DNA from: a virus
Taxonomy: Duplodnaviria; Caudoviricetes
IMG/VR virus record: IMGVR_UViG_3300032280_000786
Location: 26,206-90,205 of that record
Reading direction: 5' to 3' (one strand)
DNA: 64,000 nt
The notes under the pieces were generated by a model. It searched no databases and had not been told where the DNA came from. It saw only the letters and a list, made by a program, of their open reading frames with translations. Made by a program: the position numbers and the translations under genes. Below are positions 19,478 through 29,802 of this stretch, piece after piece (position 1 is the first letter of the stretch; every line of letters starts with the position of its first letter).

Positions 19478-20578
19478 ATGAAATATGTAAATACTTTCGA
19501 ATCATTTAAAACTAAGAGATTACAACCATTGAATGAAGAATTATTAGGTACAGTAATCAACTTTTTTAAAAATATGTGGGCTAAAGCTACTCAAGAGTTG
19601 AAAAAACTTGGAGATAATCCATCATTACAGCAATTAGATCAATGGATTGAGAAAAATCCATTTAATCCTGCTGATGATACTTATGTATTAAAGTCAGTAA
19701 TGGAAGAGTTTAATAAAAAACCAACTGCAAATGATCAAGATTGTTTAACACTTATAGATAGCATATTAGATCCTGAAACTGGTGCATTGGGTAAACAAGG
19801 TATGCAACCATTTTTTGATCAAATAATTAAAGCATTTGGTAATAATGCAGGTCCACTTAATGTAATTCAATATTATATGGAGAGAATTAGAGATAGAGCT
19901 ATTAAAGATTATAAATTTGCAGGTGGACCTGATTTAAAAGTTGGACAACCTGTAAAGTTAGATCCTAAAAAGAAAACATTAGGATTAGATGATGCAACTC
20001 ACTTACCCGATTTTAAGAAGATTTTAAAGGCAGCAACTGATGATAAGAAAAAGAAAGAAGCTACGATTAACTGGGTTAACAAAACATTAGTTCCTAGATT
20101 AGAAAAGTACACAACTGAAGTAACTGAGGATGAAGTTAACGCTTATTTAAAGACTAAAGGTGTTGAAGTGAGTGGTGATTATAAAGTAGGTGATACTGTT
20201 ATTTATAAGAGAGAAAAATTCAATCAAGCTAATTGGGATGCTTTAACTGATGATGATAAGAAAAAACCAAACGAAGGAAAAATAAATGATTTAGAGACCA
20301 AAGAAGAAATTGGAACTAAAAAGATTTCTAAGATAGAAGGTGAGAAAGTTAGCTTTGAAGGTGCAGATTTTACTAAACTAACATCAGATATTTTAATGAA
20401 AATAGAAGTTAATGCGGTAGCAGGTCAAGAAGATTTAACTAATACATTAAAAGATCTAAAAACTAAAAATGCTGATGCAATTCAAAAAATAGATGATATT
20501 TCTAAATTATATATGGATCCTGTTGCGAATAAGGAAAAAATTGAAGAAATTGAAAAAGCCATTGGAGGTGGAGCATAA
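19478..20578 (+). CDS. Hypothetical protein with MKYVNTFES leader (putative internal head protein)
   Basis: Leader plus LNEE, with TAATATATA at 19449. Confidence 0.6.
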   Translation: MKYVNTFESFKTKRLQPLNEELLGTVINFFKNMWAKATQELKKLGDNPSLQQLDQWIEKNPFNPADDTYVLKSVMEEFNKKPTANDQDCLTLIDSILDPETGALGKQGMQPFFDQIIKAFGNNAGPLNVIQYYMERIRDRAIKDYKFAGGPDLKVGQPVKLDPKKKTLGLDDATHLPDFKKILKAATDDKKKKEATINWVNKTLVPRLEKYTTEVTEDEVNAYLKTKGVEVSGDYKVGDTVIYKREKFNQANWDALTDDDKKKPNEGKINDLETKEEIGTKKISKIEGEKVSFEGADFTKLTSDILMKIEVNAVAGQEDLTNTLKDLKTKNADAIQKIDDISKLYMDPVANKEKIEEIEKAIGGGA

Positions 20579-21459
20579 TGACAACAAATACAAAAAGAAT
20601 TGAAAGTATTCGTTCAAGATTAGATAAAATTGCACTTAAAGGTAAAGATAATTACCTTGAGTTTAGTAACTATTTCAACGATTTATCTACTACTGGTGAT
20701 TATGATAATTTACTACAATGTTTATATATTCATTACTCTGCAAAAGTTGATGATATAAAAAACTATGAATCATTTAAAAAGGGTGTTTGGAAAGAAGTTC
20801 TATTCAAAACAGATAGTAATATGAATAAAAGAATAAAAAAGCTGTATGATAAGAAACTAGTTTACCAAACAGGTTTTGATATTTATAGTTCTGATACAAA
20901 CTTATCAACTATTACTTTATCTAATCCATTATCTTCAACATATTCGACTACTAATCTTTCTAAAGGTATATCACTAACATATTCTAATAAAGTTATTAGT
21001 TTAAATAGAACAAATAATCGTGTTTATGACGTAATAATAAGTAAGGCAATTTGGGCAACTGCATCAAATATACCGACAAAAGTTCAGGAGTTTCAAAGAA
21101 TAATTGGTTTAACACAATCTACATATAAAACTGAGATACCGACTACTCACGATACTCAATGGTTAATAACAACTTATGAGAGGCCGAATTATAAAGTACT
21201 TAACTATAAATTAAATGTTAATAAAACTAATAATTATTTAGGTCAAATCATTGAAGATGGTATTTATACAGACGAGTATAAGTATTTAATAAAGAATAGA
21301 GAATACGCTAGAATTACTAAAACTAGAAAAACTTTTCTAGAAGTTAAAAAATTTGGAGCTACTCAATCTGTTATAATAGACCAAGACAATCTACAATTAT
21401 CAGAAGATAATAATCTTTATAATAGATATGTAATAGCAGTAAACTTATTGTTATCATAA
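20578..21459 (+). CDS. Hypothetical protein
   Basis: 293-aa ORF with TAATG coupling. Confidence 0.6.
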   Translation: MTTNTKRIESIRSRLDKIALKGKDNYLEFSNYFNDLSTTGDYDNLLQCLYIHYSAKVDDIKNYESFKKGVWKEVLFKTDSNMNKRIKKLYDKKLVYQTGFDIYSSDTNLSTITLSNPLSSTYSTTNLSKGISLTYSNKVISLNRTNNRVYDVIISKAIWATASNIPTKVQEFQRIIGLTQSTYKTEIPTTHDTQWLITTYERPNYKVLNYKLNVNKTNNYLGQIIEDGIYTDEYKYLIKNREYARITKTRKTFLEVKKFGATQSVIIDQDNLQLSEDNNLYNRYVIAVNLLLS

Positions 21460-21485
21460 ATATATAACCAATAAAAATATATATT

Positions 21486-21917
21486 ATGATAATTAAAGTA
21501 GTAAACTTTGAAACCTTATCAAGACATTATAAAAACTACCAAGACGGTATTACTAACATAACTGATGTTAAAAAGGATTTCATTGCAAAATTAGAACCAT
21601 TCAAAAAAGAATTAGAATCTATTATAAATAGATCCCAAGGTGGTGAAAAACTTGATGATGCAACTCAAGCAAGATTTAATGAATTGCAAGAGTATGCAAT
21701 GAGTGTTGATGAAGAGTTTAAAGCAACGATGAGAAAAATGAATGATGAACTTTCTAAAACTATCTATGGTGAATTAGCACAATTTATTGAAGAATGGTCT
21801 GAGAAAAATGAAATTGATATGGTTATTGGAAGTACAGAAGTAGTTTTCTTAAAAGATGAACACGATGTAACTGAACAAGTTTTAGAAATCATTAGAGAAA
21901 AAGGATTACACGTATAA
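21486..21917 (+). CDS. OmpH/Skp-like chaperone lacking a signal peptide
   Basis: Starts at IKVVNFETL (mature Skp beta-1), has a coiled-coil middle, and ends FIEEWSEKNEIDMVIGSTEVVFLKDEHDVTEQVL, matching the OmpH C-terminal pattern. Confidence 0.7.
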   Translation: MIIKVVNFETLSRHYKNYQDGITNITDVKKDFIAKLEPFKKELESIINRSQGGEKLDDATQARFNELQEYAMSVDEEFKATMRKMNDELSKTIYGELAQFIEEWSEKNEIDMVIGSTEVVFLKDEHDVTEQVLEIIREKGLHV

Positions 21918-21945
21918 AAAAAGAGAGCCATTGGCTCTCTTTTTT
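21916..21945. terminator. Bidirectional intrinsic terminator
   Basis: aaaaaaagagagcc-att-ggctctctttttt. Confidence 0.85.
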
Positions 21946-21946
21946 A

Positions 21947-22645
21947 TTATCTTTCCCATCCATTATCTTTATGACTTAAATCCTCATTAACAAGTTCTTC
22001 TAACATTTTAGAAATACTATTATATCTAACTTTTCTACCGTATAAGTTTGTAATATATAATTCTGTTTCACTTACATAAAGTACAAAGTCTAAATCTACC
22101 GTACTAAAGTAATAACTCACATAAAATTTCACTGCATTACCTACACCAAAATACTCACCACGTTCTCTACTATTAGTATCTACTTTTTTAAGATTTTCTC
22201 CTAAAAACTTTATAGTATTAACTTGTTGTTCATTTTCTGTATAACCTTCTGCCAAATCTTCATCATCATTATCAAATGAGTGTGATGTCGTTATTGCAAA
22301 TGTAGTTTGATTTGTAACTCTATTATACCCATAATCATGTACACCTAATAATTCTTGATAAAATTCTCTAGCCAAATCATATTGTTTTTGATTTACACCT
22401 TCATGATGTTCAAATATAAAATCTAATTGTTCTTGATTAAAATCAAATATACTTTCAGGTAAAGTTTTTGCAAACTCTGTAACACTATTAGTTTTTCTAT
22501 ATTCAAGAATACTTCTTATTGAAGCCATTTCTTCTTGAAGTTCTGTCATTTGTAATTGAAGATCCTCTAACTTAGCTTCTAATGTTTCTGTACTGATTGC
22601 ATTAAGATAACTTGATTCCTTTATAAACTCTAAATACTTTTTCAT
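21947..22645 (-). CDS. Hypothetical protein with MKKYLEFIKES leader
   Basis: Likely start at the internal Met 22645, with an N-terminal coiled coil. Confidence 0.55.
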   Translation of the reverse strand: MKKYLEFIKESSYLNAISTETLEAKLEDLQLQMTELQEEMASIRSILEYRKTNSVTEFAKTLPESIFDFNQEQLDFIFEHHEGVNQKQYDLAREFYQELLGVHDYGYNRVTNQTTFAITTSHSFDNDDEDLAEGYTENEQQVNTIKFLGENLKKVDTNSRERGEYFGVGNAVKFYVSYYFSTVDLDFVLYVSETELYITNLYGRKVRYNSISKMLEELVNEDLSHKDNGWER

Positions 22646-22690
22646 ATAAGTATATATAAAACTTTTCATTTCAAAATCAATATAAATAAA

Positions 22691-23524
22691 ATGATAGACT
22701 TATACCAAATCGCTAATGAAATAAGAGTTTTATTAGAAGAAAGAAGAAAAGAACTAAATCTATACTTTATAGAAGATAATCATAAATACTTTATGAACAA
22801 TGAACAAGGTCAATCCAAAAGTAATTGGCCATCTGTTTCAAAAGTACTTAAAAGTTTTTATCCACCATTTCCCACTCAGGAAGCATCACTTAAAAAAGCT
22901 AAAGGTGATGTAGTTCTACAAAAGAAACTTATTAAAGAATGGTCTCAAATGGCAGACTATGCTAACAATACCGGAAGTAGAGTTCACTACTTCTTAGAAA
23001 AGAAAATCATTGAACGATTTGAATTAGATAAAGAAGTAAGAGAACCAGAGTTCGATTGCGACTTTGAACAAATTATCACGTCAGATCATATGATTAATTA
23101 TGGTGTTCAGTTCTATGAAAAGATGATTAAGAATGGTGCTGTTCTTATTGACACAGAGGTTGTAATGGGTGATCCTGATTTAGGATATACCGGACAAGCT
23201 GATAAGATTTGGTTAGTAGCTAATAAAGAGAAAACACAATTAGGTATTGTAGTAACCGATTGGAAGACAAATTTTTTAAAAAATTTCGTTGAGACAAAGT
23301 GGACAACTAGAATGTATGAACCATATGAAGACTTACCCAATACTGCATTAGGTCATTATTATGTACAATTATCACTATATGCAAAATTATTTAAAAAAAT
23401 GTTACAAGGAACTAAATATGAAGATATTAAAATAGTAAGAATGATAATTGTGTTGTTAAGTGATAATTCATATGAAGAATACAAAGTACCTATTGATATA
23501 ATAGATAGACAAATTGTTATATAA
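22691..23524 (+). CDS. PD-(D/E)XK (Cas4/RecB-like) exonuclease
   Basis: PSVSKVL, GSRVH, EVVMGD...GQADKI, DWKT and YYVQLSLY. Confidence 0.8.
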   Translation: MIDLYQIANEIRVLLEERRKELNLYFIEDNHKYFMNNEQGQSKSNWPSVSKVLKSFYPPFPTQEASLKKAKGDVVLQKKLIKEWSQMADYANNTGSRVHYFLEKKIIERFELDKEVREPEFDCDFEQIITSDHMINYGVQFYEKMIKNGAVLIDTEVVMGDPDLGYTGQADKIWLVANKEKTQLGIVVTDWKTNFLKNFVETKWTTRMYEPYEDLPNTALGHYYVQLSLYAKLFKKMLQGTKYEDIKIVRMIIVLLSDNSYEEYKVPIDIIDRQIVI

Positions 23525-24071
23525 TTCTATCACCTTTTTTATAGTTATCATCTGCCCACATAGGTTGAAGATTTGTATAGTGACATAATTTATGGACATC
23601 ATCATTATTTTCACATGCTGCAAGTGGTATAATATGATCGATGTGCCAACCCCTAAATCCATAATTTTCCCAACTCATACCTTCCAAAAATTGTTTTTGA
23701 ATATGATCTTTTAATTCAGTAGGGGTACATCCTACTATATTAAAAGTTCCATTTTTGATTTTATCAAAATTTGAACTTTTTAAAAAGTGTTTAATTCTAT
23801 TTCTTGTATTGATTTTTAATCTATACAAAATATCAGTATCATATTTCTTCTTAACCCTTATATTTCTTGAAACTCTTACAGAAGATTTATTATTATTTTG
23901 ATAGTTTGTTTGTCTTTCTATTTCTCTTTCTTTATTATTCTCATAATAAATACTATATCGTTTTTTAGTACATTCTCTACAACTATATTTAAGTCCATCT
24001 GGTGCACTTTTATCTTTGTTGAATTGATCTAATTCTTTATCTACCTTACAACTACTACAATTTTTAATCAT
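23517..24071 (-). mobile_element. Free-standing HNH homing endonuclease
   Basis: N-terminal CSSC...CRECT zinc finger and C-terminal WHIDHIIPL...LCHYTNLQPMW..DN..K. Confidence 0.85.
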
Positions 24072-24149
24072 TATAAATTAATTTAATTTTTAATTATTAA
24101 AGTATATATTAAATTTATAAAATGACTTTTTGATATAAAAAAAGAGCCA

Positions 24150-25778
24150 TTAAAATGGCTCTTCATTATTTTCTGTCTCTGATTCACTCAAATCCATTGA
24201 GGTCCAAGCAGATGTATCATACCAATCCGAATAGTAATTTCCTCTAGGTAGGGTTATACCTTCTACTGCACCTTCGATTGGTGGTGCTTCATTTGTTGTT
24301 TCAATATCTGCAACAACTCGATCCGTCATAGATTGCCAATAACCTCTAGTGACAGGCTCTCTTTCTACTTCTCTTTCTACACGACCTTCCGTAGGAACTT
24401 CCTCAAGTCTTGTAGGTCTAGCAACTTCTTCTTCATTTTGTCTTGTTCTTTGTGGTCTAGTACGTCTAAGCATATCACGTAGTTCTGCACCATTTGGTAT
24501 ACCACCTCCACCATATACCGAGGTTAAATCTCCCCAACCACGTAAAGTTGCGGCAACTCCGTCAAGTTCTTCGATTAGCTCTTTAGTACCTTTTTTATCT
24601 TTTAATTTTTTATAAGCTTCTTGTCTAGCTTCTTCTTCTTTTTGACGTTGTTCAATAAGTTTAAGAACTCTCTCACTATTCTTATCATTATTCTCTTCGT
24701 TGAAGATATAATCATCCAACAAGTTCTCATAACGAGCATCTTTGTTAAGAATCCACTTATCGTTGTAATTTGAATATGTTACGTTTTGTCTGCCAGTCCA
24801 AATGTTAAGATAGGTAATATAAGCGGCATCATTTCTGTATCTCATTACAAAGTCAATCTCGTCGAATACCAAGTAATCAGACGGGTGTTTACCACCATCA
24901 GAAGATGTTAAAGTTTTTAAACTAGACGTATCTTCTGGGATATAGTTATACAAAATACCTTTATCAAGATCAATGAACTTGAAGGTATCCATGTATGGAT
25001 AGTAATGTTGTTTAATGTTTGGTAATTTTACCTCAAGTTTAAACTCTTTTTTACCAGAACCGATTTGTTCAAAGAACATAGTATTGAACCAGTTTTGTTC
25101 TGATTTATAGAAGTAACCGTGTTCAGTTGCCCATTGTTTAAAGTAGAATGATAACTCTTCGTCATTGTAAGTGTAAATTCTATCCATAATTTTATGAGTA
25201 TCAAAATCCCATAAAAGTGCACGACCAATTAAACGATTTTTATCGTTAAACATAGCCAACATAGAAACATTTTCTTGGTTCTCTGTATATAAGTCAAAGA
25301 ATTTTTGGCAGTGTTCGTGTTTCATACAAGACACACCTAAAGAACCTCTCTCATTAGATTGGTAGCTTTCGTAGTAGTAAAAATCTTTGATTGCATCACC
25401 TTTAACAACTTCAAAACGGAAAGGAGCTTTCACTGCTTGAGATCTGAAAAGGTTAGAGAATTTCTCTACTTCTTTTGCAGAAATGTTATTGAAAACTTTG
25501 ACGATAAAAGCACCTGGCTTTGCAATATATCTACGAGAAGAAGTCCAATACTCTTGTGGATCAAGTGTATCAACTCTATCTTGAGATAGATAAGATAGTT
25601 TAGTTCTATCTTGTTTAGAGATAGATATATAGTTCACATAAGATTCCGCTAAATCTTCTCTGTTGTGTCTTCTTTTTAAAAGAAGTGCGGCAACTTCTGA
25701 TTCTGCTTCAATCACGTTTAATACATTTCTTAGATCATCAGAAATTTGAATATCAACGGTTTTTCTTTCGTAAGGCAT
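24150..25778 (-). CDS. Conserved-looking phage hypothetical protein
   Basis: 542 aa with SCM, GRALLW, MDRIY and YPYMDTF blocks and a low-complexity R/E-rich tail. A TATCTTTG promoter lies upstream. Confidence 0.6.
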   Translation of the reverse strand: MPYERKTVDIQISDDLRNVLNVIEAESEVAALLLKRRHNREDLAESYVNYISISKQDRTKLSYLSQDRVDTLDPQEYWTSSRRYIAKPGAFIVKVFNNISAKEVEKFSNLFRSQAVKAPFRFEVVKGDAIKDFYYYESYQSNERGSLGVSCMKHEHCQKFFDLYTENQENVSMLAMFNDKNRLIGRALLWDFDTHKIMDRIYTYNDEELSFYFKQWATEHGYFYKSEQNWFNTMFFEQIGSGKKEFKLEVKLPNIKQHYYPYMDTFKFIDLDKGILYNYIPEDTSSLKTLTSSDGGKHPSDYLVFDEIDFVMRYRNDAAYITYLNIWTGRQNVTYSNYNDKWILNKDARYENLLDDYIFNEENNDKNSERVLKLIEQRQKEEEARQEAYKKLKDKKGTKELIEELDGVAATLRGWGDLTSVYGGGGIPNGAELRDMLRRTRPQRTRQNEEEVARPTRLEEVPTEGRVEREVEREPVTRGYWQSMTDRVVADIETTNEAPPIEGAVEGITLPRGNYYSDWYDTSAWTSMDLSESETENNEEPF

Positions 25779-25801
25779 ATTTTATTGTTTTTTTATTTCT
25801 A

Positions 25802-25809
25802 CAAAGATA
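25802..25809 (-). promoter_or_regulatory. Bacteroidota-type -7 promoter element TATCTTTG
   Basis: Matches the TAnnTTTG consensus, 23 nt upstream of ATG 25778. Similar sites lie at 18569, 31299, 32543, 34997, 41764, 46172, 47899, 50983, 56903, 58080 and 58886 (all minus strand). Confidence 0.7.
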
Positions 25810-25907
25810 AGTAATTATATTTAATATACAAATATTTTATTAAGTTTCCTAATTATTTTTTTAGTTATCAACAATTATTTGTTTTACAAAGATATGAATT
25901 TTATTTT

Positions 25908-25916
25908 TAATATATA
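25908..25916 (+). promoter_or_regulatory. Putative phage late-promoter motif TAATATATA
   Basis: The same 9-mer recurs just upstream of starts at 6193, 8549, 9316, 12876, 14306, 15079, 19449, 26941, 32685, 33616, 35025, 36811, 41793, 46253 and 47919. Confidence 0.55.
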
Positions 25917-25923
25917 CTATTGT

Positions 25924-26595
25924 ATGAAACATTTAAAAGTATTTGAAAATTTTGATAAACAAGAAGATCAGTTTGACATTGAAAATGTTATGCTTTATAT
26001 GGTCAATGTACTTGACAACTATAAAGTAAACTTCTTTGATGTTGATAATAATATGATCAATTCTAATGATGAAAATATAAATGATTTTCAACTAACAAAA
26101 GATTTCCATAGTATTAGAAGAAGTAGATTTATGATAGAGATTATGCAAGATAATTCTAAACAACTTAGTATTCACGATATCGCAGAAATTTCAATTGAAA
26201 TGAGTACTACTATAAAACACTTAGAAAGAGAAGGTTGGATTTTATCTAGTTACCACCTTAATCAAACAAAACTTTCAAGTCATTTGAATGGAAAAGTTGT
26301 ATTTTATTATATTCATTATACTTTTTCAAAAGAAGATCAAGAAATTGAACCTACTAAAAGTTTACAAGATACTATACCTACTAATACAATATTAAGAGCA
26401 TTTAAAAAAGAAGGTATTGAAATTGAAAAACAAGATATTAAACATTTAGATGATTGTATTGAAATTGAAGATTGGTACACTGAGTATCTATCAAATAATG
26501 AAGTAGAAGATTCTCTTGATAAAATAACAGATCTTTTAGGTGCTACTGAATGGGAATGGTATCATGGAACAAATGGTATAAGATTTCAATTCTAA
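25924..26595 (+). CDS. Hypothetical protein with MKHLKVFEN leader
   Basis: The true start is probably 25924, just after TAATATATA, not 25879. Confidence 0.6.
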   Translation: MKHLKVFENFDKQEDQFDIENVMLYMVNVLDNYKVNFFDVDNNMINSNDENINDFQLTKDFHSIRRSRFMIEIMQDNSKQLSIHDIAEISIEMSTTIKHLEREGWILSSYHLNQTKLSSHLNGKVVFYYIHYTFSKEDQEIEPTKSLQDTIPTNTILRAFKKEGIEIEKQDIKHLDDCIEIEDWYTEYLSNNEVEDSLDKITDLLGATEWEWYHGTNGIRFQF

Positions 26596-26939
26596 GAATA
26601 TAAAAAGTCTTGATACTTTTCTTCGTCAGTTAAATCTATCTCAATCACACAATCCTTCTTTAAAGGTGTAGTAAATACAACACAAACAGACTTTAAATAT
26701 TCTGTTTCAATACCATTTAAAAGTTCATCTAAGATTAAATCTCTTTCATCTTCTTTAGAAAGTTTCTCACCGGTGTCTATATAGATGTTTATCTTCCAAG
26801 GTAGACGCTTATTTACAAAACCCATAACAGACTGCTTAAAAACATTTGGTTGTCTTAATTGTCTTTTAAATGTAAAAACTGCAAAGATTACAACTCTTAT
26901 AATATATTGATGATAAACTTCATTTATGTCTAATTTCAT
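26592..26939 (-). CDS. Hypothetical protein (internal RDLILDELL motif)
   Basis: 115-aa ORF. Confidence 0.5.
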   Translation of the reverse strand: MKLDINEVYHQYIIRVVIFAVFTFKRQLRQPNVFKQSVMGFVNKRLPWKINIYIDTGEKLSKEDERDLILDELLNGIETEYLKSVCVVFTTPLKKDCVIEIDLTDEEKYQDFLYS

Positions 26940-26968
26940 TTAATATATATAAATAAAAAAGCTATTCA

Positions 26969-27367
26969 ATGGATATAAAAAAATATGCTGACCAGTTTAT
27001 TGGTGAGTATTCTAAAAAGTATGATTTAAGATTAGGTAAATCATTTGATAAAGAAAAAGCTAATTGTTCTTGGTTTACAAATGTTTTTTGTGACTGGGCT
27101 AAAGAAAAGGATTTACCAGTTAAAGTAGTTTATTTTGATTCTAATGAAGAAGCACATACGGCTCCTATTATTGATGGTAAGATTATTGATTTTACAATCA
27201 AACAATTTACTAAAAATCCTAATGATGATTATAAGATTACAAAACCAGAAGATTATAAAAAGTATGGTTATGATAAATCTGAAATTTTAGATAAAGTACC
27301 AAATTGGTTTACAATTAGAAAAGCAGATAAGATACTTGAAAGGATAAAAAGATATGATCAATTTTAA
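26969..27367 (+). CDS. Putative transglutaminase/papain-like fold protein
   Basis: ANCSWF...EAHTAP..DGKIIDFTIKQF gives Cys-His-Asp spacing. Confidence 0.45.
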   Translation: MDIKKYADQFIGEYSKKYDLRLGKSFDKEKANCSWFTNVFCDWAKEKDLPVKVVYFDSNEEAHTAPIIDGKIIDFTIKQFTKNPNDDYKITKPEDYKKYGYDKSEILDKVPNWFTIRKADKILERIKRYDQF

Positions 27368-27369
27368 AC

Positions 27370-27400
27370 AAGAAACCCACTAATTTAGTGGGTTTCTTTT
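27370..27400. terminator. Bidirectional intrinsic terminator
   Basis: aagaaacccacta-att-tagtgggtttctttt. Confidence 0.85.
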
Positions 27401-27992
27401 ATTCATTAGCTTTTGCTTTCATTTCTTCTATTCTATCTCTTACTTTACATGCTATCTCAAATTCCTCATTAGCGACTGCGTGCTCTAACATCTTCTCTAA
27501 GTTTTCAATAGAAGTAGTTTTTTCTTCCACAGTTACTTCATCTTCGTCATCCATATCTTCATCAGATAGTGCTGTTCCATCATCATTGATTAAAACTCCG
27601 GCAGAGTTCATAACATCAGAAGAAACAAAAATAGGACAACCATAAATGTTTGCTAAGATAACTGCATCACCAATAGATGATTCAATTTCTACATCTGCAG
27701 TACCATTTGTAAAAATAATTTTAGTATAAAAAATACCTTCTGCAAGAGAGTAAACAAATACTTCTTGTATATCAAGACCAAACGCATTAGTCATTGATAA
27801 AAACAAATCGTGTGTTAAAGGTTTAGTAGATTTAATACCTTCTAAATCTAACGCAATACGTTGAGCATCTTGTGGTTTAATTATTACTGGTAGCTTAACT
27901 TTCCCTTTCATTTCTGAAAGAACTAGTACGTAAGAACCAATTTGACTTTGACTATAAGATAGTCCTAAAATTTTTACTTTTCTTTTTTTCAT
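27399..27992 (-). CDS. Bifunctional nuclease (DUF151/BFN) with C-terminal UvrB/C motif
   Basis: LSYSQSQIGSYVLVL..KLPVII...AQRIAL...PLTHDLF...EGIFY...DAVILA and C-terminal LEHAVANEEFEIACKVRDRI. Confidence 0.9.
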   Translation of the reverse strand: MKKRKVKILGLSYSQSQIGSYVLVLSEMKGKVKLPVIIKPQDAQRIALDLEGIKSTKPLTHDLFLSMTNAFGLDIQEVFVYSLAEGIFYTKIIFTNGTADVEIESSIGDAVILANIYGCPIFVSSDVMNSAGVLINDDGTALSDEDMDDEDEVTVEEKTTSIENLEKMLEHAVANEEFEIACKVRDRIEEMKAKANE

Positions 27993-28009
27993 TATTTTAT
28001 GTTATACTA

Positions 28010-28405
28010 TTATTTGTTTAATATACTTGAAAGTTTAAAATGTCTTTGATACTCTTTTATACAAGCATCATTTTTCTTAATACAATTTATCATTTCTGCA
28101 TTCGACTTAATTTCTATTTTCTCTTCTATATTTTCTACCTTTTTTAGATGTGATGATACATTATAAAAACTACTAGTTCTATTTGGATAACCTTTTTTAT
28201 CTAAATCAAAAGTACCTTTGGATTTAATAAAATAAACCTTATCATTCTCGTAAAGAATTGAATAAATTCGGTCGGGTGCATGAAATACCCATGGATATTC
28301 CTTAGCCCAATGGTTCATAACCCAACCGAATTTATATAAAAAAATTGTATTTACTTCAAACATTCGGGTTCTGTTTACATTTATCAAAATGCCATCTTTT
28401 ACCAT
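28010..28405 (-). CDS. Hypothetical protein with C-terminal RHFKLSSIL motif
   Basis: 131-aa ORF. Confidence 0.5.
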   Translation of the reverse strand: MVKDGILINVNRTRMFEVNTIFLYKFGWVMNHWAKEYPWVFHAPDRIYSILYENDKVYFIKSKGTFDLDKKGYPNRTSSFYNVSSHLKKVENIEEKIEIKSNAEMINCIKKNDACIKEYQRHFKLSSILNK

Positions 28406-29114
28406 TTCCTATATCAACAAACTTTCCACAATGAGGACACTCTGTCTTTTCCATTTCTTTTCCTTTATTCCAAGCCTCTTGTAATCCTTTAGTTCCTTTA
28501 TTCCAAGGTTCTACTCCTTTTGAATGATGTTCCTGTGTTTTCCATCTTTCTTTTAAAGTTTTTGATCTCTTTTCTTTTTCTTCATCTGTCATAGGTCCTA
28601 ATTCTAATCCTTTGTTCCATCCTTCTTGAACACCTTTTAAACCTTTATTCCAAGGTTCTACACCTTTTAAGTGATGTTCTATAATTTTATATCTTTCCTT
28701 TAATATAAAAGACATATTACTTTTTTGTTCTTCTGTCGGATTGTAACTAAAGGTTCTTTTTTCTATCTCACCACTCTCATACTTTCGTTTAAGAGTTTCT
28801 GAAATTTTCTTTTTAGATTCATCTGATAGAATACCAGCAGATTGACCACCGGTTTTTAAATTGTAGTTTGATTTATCCTTTACCCATTCTTCATCAACAT
28901 ATATTGCCTCTTTTTCTAAAAGTTCATCATATGACTCACAAAATTCTAAAATTTCTCTTCTAAAATTTTCTTTACCATATTTTTTGATAGATTTTTCAAG
29001 GGCTAGACCACTACCGAGATAACCATCTTCTAATTTAGAAGTTTTGTGAATACCTCGGTAGTTTTTACCATTGATTAGGTTCGTTGTTTCGTATAATATA
29101 TAATAATTTTCCAT
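28356..29114 (-). mobile_element. Free-standing GIY-YIG (Seg-like) homing endonuclease with NUMOD3-type repeats
   Basis: YILYETTNLINGKNYRGIH...DGYLGSG..L..SIKKYG, repeated PWNKG/WNKG, and a C-terminal CPHC...C. Confidence 0.9.
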
Positions 29115-29154
29115 ATACTATATATAAAATAATCCTCCTCCCCTGCTGATAAAA

Positions 29155-29802
29155 TTACCCCTTTAATAGTAAATCCGCGGCCGATGTTGCGCTAAACGCG
29201 AGCGGTTTTGCCCATACTCTAAATCCTAGAGCTCTTAACCAAGGTACGTAACTTTTGTAAGCAATAAATGATTTATTTCTATGACCTTTCTCATATTGAG
29301 AACTTTCAAATGGGTTGAAATCAACGTGTAAGTCAATAACTTTTGTATCCATTAAATCAACATCTGTCATAACTAAGTTTCTAACAACTGCTTCTTCATT
29401 GTGTAATTCAATGTTTGCGTATTCACCTGCACTTTTTTGTAAGTGATACTTATATTTTCTTTTCTCTAATTCAGGTAAGTCTCTTGTAACACCAACTTTC
29501 TCTAACTCGTCATTAATCCAAGTACCAACATCGTGTAAAAATTGTGCTTCTTTATATAATCTCTCTTGAGTTTCTCTGATTTTTGGACATGATTCTCTAA
29601 AGAATACAACGTGTGCACCTTTTTTGACCTCGGTATCATAAATCATGACAGTTACAGCATAGATGGTTCTTCTACGAACTTGAATAGAGTCACAACCAAC
29701 AGATACAACTGATCCTGGTTCTCTCTCCATAATTTCTCTTATGTATTCTATAACGTCGGGGATTTGTTCTCCACCGAACTTTTTGAAACGACTGTTATAC
29801 AT
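29155..29802 (-). CDS. RNase H-like YkuK (DUF458) family protein
   Basis: VSVGCDS...YAVTV...GAHV...RLYKEA...LHVDFN...WAKP..FSATSAAD. Confidence 0.75.
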   Translation of the reverse strand: MYNSRFKKFGGEQIPDVIEYIREIMEREPGSVVSVGCDSIQVRRRTIYAVTVMIYDTEVKKGAHVVFFRESCPKIRETQERLYKEAQFLHDVGTWINDELEKVGVTRDLPELEKRKYKYHLQKSAGEYANIELHNEEAVVRNLVMTDVDLMDTKVIDLHVDFNPFESSQYEKGHRNKSFIAYKSYVPWLRALGFRVWAKPLAFSATSAADLLLKG

